IMG/VR virus record: IMGVR_UViG_3300011335_000085
Coordinates: 1-34,627 of that record
DNA: 34,627 bases
Source of the DNA: a virus
Taxonomy: Duplodnaviria; Caudoviricetes
Direction: 5' to 3' (one strand)
The notes under the pieces were generated by a model, which ran no database searches, was not told the origin of the DNA, and was given only the letters and a program-made list of their open reading frames with translations. The translations under genes and the position numbers were made by a program. Position 1 is the first letter of the stretch; each line of letters starts with the position of its first letter. Shown here one piece after another: positions 17,973-24,385 of the stretch.

Positions 17973-18178
17973 TATTCTTCCCTCGCTTTCATCATTGCGT
18001 CTGCCATTTTGTACGCCCTAATTGCAAATTCTTGCATTGGCGCGGTAACTTCAGAAGCTAATAAACCTTGCAAAGCCTTTGCCGCCATGTAGTCACGCAT
18101 TGTGATGCCATAGGCCACGCTGTAATTGTCATGTTTTCCATCAGGAAATGAATAAGGAAATGCTGGTGGGTTGTTCAT
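17972..18178 (-). CDS. Conserved small phage protein
   Basis: PAFP...GITMRDYMAAKALQG...AYKMADAMMKAR motif. Confidence 0.75.
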   Translation of the reverse strand: MNNPPAFPYSFPDGKHDNYSVAYGITMRDYMAAKALQGLLASEVTAPMQEFAIRAYKMADAMMKAREE

Positions 18179-18756
18179 TTACCCTCCAACATGGCTTTTT
18201 TAGCGTCTTTTTTGGCAATGACCTTAGCCTGCCATGCCTGTTCGCCGTTTGTGGCCTTGTACGCCTGTTTATAGGCATCTTGCAGCTCTTTAAGCGTGGT
18301 GACCTCATCCATCACCGCCAATAAATCAAGAATTTGGTTTTCGTTGACCGTGGATTTAATCTCAGTGCGGCGGCTGGCGCTGTTGCCATCGTCATCTTCT
18401 GGCGCAAGGCCAGTGGCGGCAAGCAAACTGTAACGTCTGGCGTAAGTCAAAGCAGAACCGTAACCCTGTGGGTCTTGTTTACCGGCAGGTACGTGCAACA
18501 TTCCGCATTCCATGACCTCGCCTGATTCGTGAACAAACACGGTCTCCACCATTACGCCATCTTTGCATTCAAAGGTACGTTGCATGAGGGCTATGCCATT
18601 GGCGTTTAAAGCGTCTACAACAGCCTCAACGCAATTAGCTAGGTCAGCATACTTAGACTTGAAATGCGGGTTTGTGGACGTTTTGAGCGCAGGCCCAAAG
18701 GCACGCTGTGCTTTGACAAAGGCTGCGGCGATGTTTTTTCCGATTGGTGTTTCCAT
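18175..18756 (-). CDS. erf: ERF-family single-strand annealing protein
   Basis: NPHFKSKYADL, PQGYGSALTYARRYSL..G...EDDDG. Confidence 0.92.
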   Translation of the reverse strand: METPIGKNIAAAFVKAQRAFGPALKTSTNPHFKSKYADLANCVEAVVDALNANGIALMQRTFECKDGVMVETVFVHESGEVMECGMLHVPAGKQDPQGYGSALTYARRYSLLAATGLAPEDDDGNSASRRTEIKSTVNENQILDLLAVMDEVTTLKELQDAYKQAYKATNGEQAWQAKVIAKKDAKKAMLEGK

Positions 18757-18765
18757 GATTTCCTC

Positions 18766-18999
18766 TTAATAAAATTTTGGGCCACAGGTGACATCCACCA
18801 GTGTTTCGGCGGTGTAACCATTGATCTTGCGTTTACCGTAAATCGTGATGGCTCTGAGGCCATTCTTTTCGCATTGCTTGATTGCGTCTATGACTTCATT
18901 CCTGCCCATTGGCTGGATGTTTTTGTCCATGACCAGTTTTTGGTCTGTTTCTGGATCAAAGGCGCAAGCTGTCATCAGCAGTAAAAGTAAATATCGCAT
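18766..18999 (-). CDS. Putative lipoprotein
   Basis: MRYLLLLLMTA-C lipobox from ATG 18999. Confidence 0.65.
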   Translation of the reverse strand: MRYLLLLLMTACAFDPETDQKLVMDKNIQPMGRNEVIDAIKQCEKNGLRAITIYGKRKINGYTAETLVDVTCGPKFY

Positions 19000-19115
19000 C
19001 AGGGTCTCCAAATAAAAAGGTCAAGTAAAACCACCACAATGGCGGCGGCTGAAACAATCCACAGAACAATTTGTGACCAGTCTGTGGGTTTGGTGTACTT
19101 TTCAATGTCAAACAT
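18999..19115 (-). CDS. 38-aa single-TM peptide (not in the ORF track)
   Basis: MFDIEKYTKPTDWSQIVLWIVSAAAIVVVLLDLFIWRP; RBS AAGGA; TGATG-coupled to the lipoprotein gene. Confidence 0.65.
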   Translation of the reverse strand: MFDIEKYTKPTDWSQIVLWIVSAAAIVVVLLDLFIWRP

Positions 19116-19124
19116 GGCTATTCC

Positions 19125-19355
19125 TTATACGCACAAAGGTGCAAATTCACGTTCAAGGGAATCAATAACGGCGCTTGACAGCACGTTATAAAGTTCGGTA
19201 GTGCCAAGGTAGGCGTGCCACAAGTTGCCAGTTACAGGGCAAAAGTAGCAGTCAAGTGGGGCGGTTAAATCGCTATGCTCAACGACAAGATGCTCAAGAC
19301 CTTGGTCAATCATGATGCGTGCGTCTGCGGCGGGAAGCGTTGCAATGTGTTTCAT
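19125..19355 (-). CDS. Hypothetical protein, first gene of the leftward operon
   Basis: 76 aa with AGGAG RBS. Confidence 0.65.
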   Translation of the reverse strand: MKHIATLPAADARIMIDQGLEHLVVEHSDLTAPLDCYFCPVTGNLWHAYLGTTELYNVLSSAVIDSLEREFAPLCV

Positions 19356-19400
19356 ATTTACTCCTAAAAGACCCTATGCGTTGTGCTGGGGCATGGGTGC

Positions 19401-19486
19401 ATTGTTAAGCTAACTAAACAAACAGTCAAGCATTATTTCTAGGGACTTTCCCTAATGTCGCTTTATTGTTAATCTGCCTTTACAAT
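19401..19486. promoter_or_regulatory. Divergent promoter/operator region
   Basis: Leftward TTGACT-17-AACAAT (19429 to 19401); rightward -10 TACAAT (19481-19486); two related 20-bp imperfect palindromes (19402-19421, 19466-19485); central TAGGG-N5-CCCTA (19440-19454). Confidence 0.65.
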
Positions 19487-19492
19487 GTTGCC

Positions 19493-19648
19493 ATGACAAA
19501 AGATCAATTAGTCCATCTTGCAGGCTCACAGACTGAGCTTGCCAAAATTCTCGGCATCAATCGGGCGGCGGTTTGCCAGTGGAAGACTGTGCCTGAGTTG
19601 AGATTGCGCCAGTTGAAAGATTTAAGACCCCAGTGGTTTACAACTTAA
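19493..19648 (+). CDS. Cro-like HTH regulator
   Basis: GSQTELAKILGINRAAVCQW..VP..R; first rightward gene; no RBS, ATG 6 nt after the -10 box. Confidence 0.85.
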   Translation: MTKDQLVHLAGSQTELAKILGINRAAVCQWKTVPELRLRQLKDLRPQWFTT

Positions 19649-19664
19649 CAAAATCATGTATAAT
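19637..19664 (+). promoter_or_regulatory. Sigma70-type promoter
   Basis: TTTACA-16-TATAAT. Confidence 0.7.
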
Positions 19665-19670
19665 CAATCC

Positions 19671-19832
19671 CGTCTAGAGTGGCATCTGGACGTAGACGGA
19701 AATCGGAGAACCCTACAGATACCTGTGCGGTCTTGTCAGACGACAAACGAACTTTTGATTTCCGTCATACGTTTTGTTGTTGCTCTCGCCAAGAGCCAAG
19801 ACCGCAGAGAGATTTGTAGGGTTTTTGCTTTT
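19671..19832 (+). ncRNA. Candidate structured regulatory RNA / attenuator
   Basis: Multiple nested complementary segments ending in a T tract, starting at the predicted transcription start. Confidence 0.6.
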
Positions 19833-20067
19833 GGACAACGCAATGCGGTACGTCAGTGGTTGCGTTTGAGATACCCCGATACACGAGCAGACCAGATCGG
19901 GGAGCGTGGGCTAAGTCCTAGAGCGCGGTGGTTGAAACAGTCTGGGACAGTGCGAGGCGATGACATGGCTCCGAAGAGCAACATCGAGGCACAGGCGAAC
20001 TTTGATTTTGATCACGGTAAGGCTGTGCTTTGCTCCAACATTCACCAAAGAGCAATAAGGAATACAG

Positions 20068-20253
20068 ATGAGACAGTGCAAATGTGGTGGGACGATAAGA
20101 GAGCATCAACTGACAAACAACAGGGTTGCATGGACTTGTAACCAATGCGGTCGATATGAACAAATCAACTTAAAGGAAGACAAATGCCAATCGGATTTCA
20201 ATCAGAAAACCACCTTCACATTTACGGTGACGGCAAAGGATTTATTGTCATAG
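20068..20253 (+). CDS. Small zinc-ribbon protein
   Basis: CKC...CNQC; RBS TAAGGA. Confidence 0.5.
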   Translation: MRQCKCGGTIREHQLTNNRVAWTCNQCGRYEQINLKEDKCQSDFNQKTTFTFTVTAKDLLS

Positions 20254-20393
20254 AAGAATGGACAGATGATGATTTCAGTGATTTGCTTGGAAAAGTAAGA
20301 ATTCACGTTGAAAAATTTAAAGCACTGGCTGAATTGCACAAAGATGACTTAATCCATGAGGCTTTTTTTGGGGATAAAGATGACAAACTTTGA
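20184..20393 (+). CDS. Hypothetical acidic protein
   Basis: 69 aa with AAAGGA RBS. Confidence 0.6.
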   Translation: MPIGFQSENHLHIYGDGKGFIVIEEWTDDDFSDLLGKVRIHVEKFKALAELHKDDLIHEAFFGDKDDKL

Positions 20394-20727
20394 ACAATTC
20401 TGGGCTGCATGGCCTACCAGTACTCGCAAGGGGGGCAAGTCAGATTGTCTAAAGCGGTGGGAAAAGTATTATTGTGATAGTTGCTGTGATCAAATATTAA
20501 AGCACATTGAATGGATGAAAACCACCGACCAGTGGCGCAAAGACGGCGGTGCTTACATACCCTCACCTGCTGTTTACCTTAATCAACGGCGCTGGGATGG
20601 CGCTGAGATACCTGAATTTAAAAAAACCATCAATATTTTGGAAAAGATGGCAGAAGAACGAGCCAGGGCAGTGCCTATGCCTGCGGATATAAAAGCCAAA
20701 CTGGATGCCTTGCGGGGAAGACGTTGA
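20380..20727 (+). CDS. Replication-initiator-like protein (C-terminal-type domain only)
   Basis: FEQFWAAWP..RKGGK...W...YIPSPAVYLNQRRWD resembles the C-terminal domain of phage replisome organisers. Confidence 0.6.
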   Translation: MTNFEQFWAAWPTSTRKGGKSDCLKRWEKYYCDSCCDQILKHIEWMKTTDQWRKDGGAYIPSPAVYLNQRRWDGAEIPEFKKTINILEKMAEERARAVPMPADIKAKLDALRGRR

Positions 20728-21695
20728 ATGAGCTGGCTCTTTTCGCAGGCGCTGGTGGAGGAATACTTGGCGGCAAACTCCTTGGATGGCGAACAGTCTG
20801 TGCAGTTGAGTGGGAAGCCTACCCCGCAAGCGTACTGTGCGCCCGACAAAATGACGGATTTCTCCCGCCTTTCCCAATTTGGGATGATGTACGCACCTTT
20901 GTCGGCCACGACTGGCGGGGTGTTGTTGATGTGGTATCTGGGGGGTTTCCCTGTCAAGACATCAGCGCAGCAGGAAAAGGCGCAGGAATTGATGGAGAAC
21001 GAAGTGGAATGTGGGGAGAAATGGCACGCATCATTTGTGAAGTACGACCCCGATTCGTCTTTGTGGAGAACTCACCAATGCTCACTTCTAGGGGACTTGG
21101 ACGAGTTCTTGGAGACTTGGCCTCAATGGGGTTTGATGCGAAATGGGGAGTGCTGGGAGCAGCAGACGTTGGAGCGCCGCATCAGAGGGACAGAATCTGG
21201 ATTGTCGCCAAATGGCGTGGACAGCTTTCATACGCCCAACACGACAGGATTAGACGGTGGGAGCAACAGCAGGCGAGCCCTCAAGAAACGACAAGCATCG
21301 TGGCCAACTCCAACGGCATCACAAGCCAGATCAGAGGGAATGATTTTGCAAATGAGACAAATGGTGGAAAACGGAACAACAACATTGCAAGAAGCCGAAG
21401 CAATGATTGGGGGCAGTCTGACACCAAAAAGAATGGGAAAATGGCCAACGCTAGTTTGTCAGGATTCCCGCCATGCAACGACACGCCATCTAGACCCCAA
21501 AAGCCAACATTGGAAAAGCAACTTGGGGGAAGTGGTTATGAGTTTGGAACAACCAAATATTGGTGGGAGATTGAACCCAACGTGGGTAGAGTGGTTGATG
21601 GGTTGGCCGCTAGGGTGGACAGACTTAAAGCCATTGGAAACGGACAAGTCCCATTGTGCGCCGCAACAGCATGGAGAATCCTAAGTGAATCATGA
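20724..21695 (+). CDS. DNA cytosine-C5 methyltransferase, catalytic polypeptide
   Basis: Motif I LFAGAGG, IV GGFPCQD, VI ENSP, VIII HQRDRIWIVA, X RLKAIGNGQVP; no motif IX in this frame. Confidence 0.9.
   Translation: MNELALFAGAGGGILGGKLLGWRTVCAVEWEAYPASVLCARQNDGFLPPFPIWDDVRTFVGHDWRGVVDVVSGGFPCQDISAAGKGAGIDGERSGMWGEMARIICEVRPRFVFVENSPMLTSRGLGRVLGDLASMGFDAKWGVLGAADVGAPHQRDRIWIVAKWRGQLSYAQHDRIRRWEQQQASPQETTSIVANSNGITSQIRGNDFANETNGGKRNNNIARSRSNDWGQSDTKKNGKMANASLSGFPPCNDTPSRPQKPTLEKQLGGSGYEFGTTKYWWEIEPNVGRVVDGLAARVDRLKAIGNGQVPLCAATAWRILSES
20728..21684 (+). CDS. Overlapping +1-frame polypeptide carrying methyltransferase motif IX and a probable target-recognition region
   Basis: 318 open codons; WPTP-like repeats; GGRLNPTWVEWLMGWPLGWT is motif IX-like. 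Confidence 0.75.
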   Translation: MSWLFSQALVEEYLAANSLDGEQSVQLSGKPTPQAYCAPDKMTDFSRLSQFGMMYAPLSATTGGVLLMWYLGGFPVKTSAQQEKAQELMENEVECGEKWHASFVKYDPDSSLWRTHQCSLLGDLDEFLETWPQWGLMRNGECWEQQTLERRIRGTESGLSPNGVDSFHTPNTTGLDGGSNSRRALKKRQASWPTPTASQARSEGMILQMRQMVENGTTTLQEAEAMIGGSLTPKRMGKWPTLVCQDSRHATTRHLDPKSQHWKSNLGEVVMSLEQPNIGGRLNPTWVEWLMGWPLGWTDLKPLETDKSHCAPQQHGES

Positions 21696-21927
21696 AAGAC
21701 TTGTTGCAAACTCAATCCTTAGCCGACTTAAAGACGGCGAAGAATTTAGCCAATCTGTCATCAGAACAGCGCTTATTGATGCAGGAGACCTTGCGGATGA
21801 TGGAAGCCAAGGACTGGATCAGGCGGTACAGGAAGAAGATTCGGGAAAAGGGAAAAGCAGAGGCATTAGCCTGGTGGCAGAAAACCTTATCAGACGTAGT
21901 AAAGCGTCGTGGGCAGAAAGCTGCTGA
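21685..21927 (+). CDS. Hypothetical protein overlapping the next gene
   Basis: GTG directly after the stop of the +1-frame polypeptide; protein-like N half (ILSRLKDGEEFSQSVIRTALIDAGDL). Confidence 0.45.
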   Translation: MNHERLVANSILSRLKDGEEFSQSVIRTALIDAGDLADDGSQGLDQAVQEEDSGKGKSRGISLVAENLIRRSKASWAESC

Positions 21928-21964
21928 TGACTTACGGAGACGCATGAATGAGATATGCAGCTAA
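21692..21964 (+). CDS. Hypothetical basic protein
   Basis: ATGA-coupled to the methyltransferase; VVKRRGQKAADDLRRRM. Confidence 0.6.
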   Translation: MKDLLQTQSLADLKTAKNLANLSSEQRLLMQETLRMMEAKDWIRRYRKKIREKGKAEALAWWQKTLSDVVKRRGQKAADDLRRRMNEICS

Positions 21965-22214
21965 GGTGGACAGCAATCAAGATGCCATAGTGAGCACGTT
22001 AAGGGCTGCTGGCGCTTACGTTTGGATTATTGGCTTGCCGGTCGATCTTTTGGTAGGGCATGGCAACCACAGCTATCTCATGGAAATAAAAAGGGACTCC
22101 AAATCCCGTATGACACCTTTACAAACCGACTTTTTTAAAAATTGGACTGGTGGTACGCTGTGTCGAGTTGATAGCCCTGATGCCGCCTTACGCATGATTG
22201 GGGTGATTAAGTGA
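21948..22214 (+). CDS. VRR-NUC-like PD-(D/E)XK nuclease (possible resolvase)
   Basis: VDSNQ..IV..LR..G, PVDLLVG...LMEIK, TPLQ..F. Confidence 0.75.
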   Translation: MRYAAKVDSNQDAIVSTLRAAGAYVWIIGLPVDLLVGHGNHSYLMEIKRDSKSRMTPLQTDFFKNWTGGTLCRVDSPDAALRMIGVIK

Positions 22215-22489
22215 GAAGCCTTGAACAAAACCGCCTAATGTGGGCAAATCTTGAAGACATTGCCCAGCAAGTGGTTTGGTACGGTCAAAAGCTAGACAAG
22301 CAGGAATGGAAAGATGTGCTGACTGCGGGATTAAAAAAACAAAAGATTGTGCCAGGCATTGAGGGCGGGTTTGTGGTGATTGGAGCAAGGACAAGCAAAA
22401 TGACCGTGGCAGAGATGAACGAGTTAATTGAGTTATCCACAATGTTCGGCGCACAGCAAGGCGTTAAATTTCGGGCTTTAGAGGAATGA
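22211..22489 (+). CDS. ninB: NinB-family recombination protein
   Basis: RSLEQNRLMWA.L.DIAQQV.W.G, EWKD, TSKMTVAEMNELIE. Confidence 0.85.
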   Translation: MRSLEQNRLMWANLEDIAQQVVWYGQKLDKQEWKDVLTAGLKKQKIVPGIEGGFVVIGARTSKMTVAEMNELIELSTMFGAQQGVKFRALEE

Positions 22490-22671
22490 GATGCCCAGTA
22501 TGCGGTACTTGGACGATAGTCAAAGAAACCAGAATCAGCACGGGCAACACACGCAGGCGGCGGCTGGAATGCGCTAACGAACACAGATTTACAACACTGG
22601 AGACAATAATTGTTTCAAAAACATCAATACGTAAGGTCAAAAAAGCTGTTAAAGCTGGTGGCGGGGCTTGA
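22486..22671 (+). CDS. Zinc-ribbon protein resembling the NrdR N-terminus
   Basis: MRCPVC...V.ETR...RRRRLEC...HRFTTLE. Confidence 0.7.
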   Translation: MRCPVCGTWTIVKETRISTGNTRRRRLECANEHRFTTLETIIVSKTSIRKVKKAVKAGGGA

Positions 22672-22963
22672 ATGCCAGTCCTGCGGGTCGGGCAACATGG
22701 TGCAGGCTGCACACGCAAATTGGGGCGGCGGCAAAGGGCGAGGGATCAAAGCTGATGATAATCTGGTGGCTGCGCTATGCCTGAAATGCCATTACGAGAT
22801 TGACCAAGGCAAAGATTTGACCAAGGAACAGCGTCAGCAAAAGTGGTTGCTTGCCCATGTAAATACGGTAGCCAGATTGCAAGAATCTGAACAATGGCCT
22901 GTTGACGTACCGACTCCTACGTTTACAATAGAGGCGCAGTTGTCTCCTTTAGAGGGTCTGTGA
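22610..22963 (+). CDS. Zinc-binding HNH-like nin-region protein (DUF968/DUF1364-like)
   Basis: CQSC, AAH, GKGRGIKADD, LCLKCH..ID. Confidence 0.7.
   Translation: MFQKHQYVRSKKLLKLVAGLECQSCGSGNMVQAAHANWGGGKGRGIKADDNLVAALCLKCHYEIDQGKDLTKEQRQQKWLLAHVNTVARLQESEQWPVDVPTPTFTIEAQLSPLEGL
22902..22929 (+). promoter_or_regulatory. Sigma70-type promoter
   Basis: TTGACG-16-TACAAT. Confidence 0.6.
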
Positions 22964-22975
22964 CCCTCTTTTTTT
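22951..22975 (+). terminator. Intrinsic terminator
   Basis: AGAGGGTC-TGT-GACCCTCT followed by a T run. Confidence 0.85.
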
Positions 22976-22979
22976 GGAG

Positions 22980-23185
22980 CTAACACGCATGGGGATTGAC
23001 TCTAGGGACTACTGGGGTAGCGCAACAGTCTCCAGCCGTGTTGGTGAGATCAGACAGCCAAGTCGGAGACCTATTGCGTTTTGATGTCTTAAGTTGAGCA
23101 GTGAACGTCCAATCTCCTGAGAAATTCTCAATGACACAAACGACTGGTTCTAGGACAAGCCTGAGATGGGCACAGGCCACCAACA
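22980..23185 (+). ncRNA. Candidate structured non-coding RNA / late leader
   Basis: Intergenic, with several long complementary segments. Confidence 0.45.
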
Positions 23186-23203
23186 AACTTTTTAAGGAAA
23201 AGT

Positions 23204-23560
23204 ATGAAAAAAGACGTTGCCGATTTCATTTCCACAATGTTTCACAGCTCTACGGTGACTCATTTCATGCACTTAGCCACTGACTCATTTTCAGTTCACA
23301 TGGCGCTGGGGGCTTACTACGTTGAAATTGTTGACCTGGCTGACCAGTTTGCCGAGGCTTACGCAGGGTGCTACGAAAAAATTAAAGATTTTCCTGAAAA
23401 CTTTCACAATGCCAAAGACCCTGAAAAGTACCTGACCAGCATCAAGGAATACGTCTACAAAAACCGAGAGGCACTGCCAGACGACACTCAGCTCCAGAAC
23501 ATTGTGGACGAGATAGCGGCGCTGATTGACACAACCCTGTACAAGTTGACCCTCAAATGA
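23204..23560 (+). CDS. Ferritin/Dps-like four-helix protein (DUF5856-like)
   Basis: H..HL...SFSVHMALG.YY....DLAD.FAE.Y.G, LQNIVDEI..LI..TLYKL; RBS AAGGA. Confidence 0.65.
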   Translation: MKKDVADFISTMFHSSTVTHFMHLATDSFSVHMALGAYYVEIVDLADQFAEAYAGCYEKIKDFPENFHNAKDPEKYLTSIKEYVYKNREALPDDTQLQNIVDEIAALIDTTLYKLTLK

Positions 23561-24237
23561 TCAGAATATTTGCTGGCTACGACCCGAGGGAGGCTATTGG
23601 CTACCATGTGTTTTGCCAGAGCCTGATTGAGCGCAGCAGTGAGCCGGTCGCCATCACGCCGTTTTTTGGTAAGCAACGGGATGGCACAAACGCATTTATC
23701 TACCAGCGGTTTCTTGTACCCTACTTCACCAAATACACCGGCAAGGCAATATTTCTTGATGCAAGCGATATGCTTATGTTGGCAAACATTGACGACTTGA
23801 GCAAGCTGTTTGACCCGACCAAGGCGGTGCAGGTGGTCAAGCACGATTACCAGACCAAGCACCCAAGGAAATATATCGGTACACCGATGGAAGCGGCGAA
23901 TCGGGACTATCCCCGAAAGAATTGGTCGAGTTTAATACTTTGGAATTGCGAACACCCAAGAAACAAGGTGCTGACACCGGAATTTGTGGATGACCAGACC
24001 GGCGCAGACTTACACCGTTTTGGTTGGCTGCCCGAAACACTTATCGGTGAGCTACCGAAAGAATGGAACGTACTGGTGGGCGAACAAACAAACAAAAACG
24101 CCAAGATAGCGCACTACACGCTGGGCATTCCCGAATTTGAGCACTATGAAGACTGCGACTTCAGCCAGCAATGGTTTAACACCAAGAGCCGGTTAATGAA
24201 CGGCTTAATCAAAATGAAAGAGGTGGTCGATGCCTAG
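23557..24237 (+). CDS. GT-A-fold glycosyltransferase (GT8-like)
   Basis: IFAGYDPRE, F.YQRFLVP, AIFLDASDML, RKNWSSLILWN, LPKEWN, HYTLG.P. Confidence 0.8.
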   Translation: MIRIFAGYDPREAIGYHVFCQSLIERSSEPVAITPFFGKQRDGTNAFIYQRFLVPYFTKYTGKAIFLDASDMLMLANIDDLSKLFDPTKAVQVVKHDYQTKHPRKYIGTPMEAANRDYPRKNWSSLILWNCEHPRNKVLTPEFVDDQTGADLHRFGWLPETLIGELPKEWNVLVGEQTNKNAKIAHYTLGIPEFEHYEDCDFSQQWFNTKSRLMNGLIKMKEVVDA

Positions 24238-24385
24238 TCATTCTGCAAAACAAGCCCGATTCATGCAAGCGGCGGCGCACAACCCAGAGTTCGCAAAGAA
24301 AGCCGACATCCCTGTTAAGGTTGCCCAAGACTATGCGGCTGCCGACAAAAAGATGGCAATGGCGAAAGCCTTGGCAAGAAAATAA
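24230..24385 (+). CDS. 51-aa small basic protein (not in the ORF track)
   Basis: MPSHSAKQARFMQAAAHNPEFAKKADIPVKVAQDYAAADKK...; GAGGTGG RBS; TAATG-coupled to the next gene. Confidence 0.7.
   Translation: MPSHSAKQARFMQAAAHNPEFAKKADIPVKVAQDYAAADKKMAMAKALARK

Noticed and set aside
19442-19451. GGGACTTTCC resembles an NF-kB site
   Set aside because: Coincidental in a bacteriophage; it is part of the TAGGG-N5-CCCTA palindrome
19656-20141. 161-aa ORF after cro
   Set aside because: Its ATG overlaps the -10 box, it has no RBS or recognisable motif, and it coincides with strongly base-paired sequence; not fully excluded
23039-23185. tRNA gene
   Set aside because: Multibranch and closed by an 8-bp stem, but too long and lacking a T-loop GTTC(G/A)A and a canonical anticodon arm
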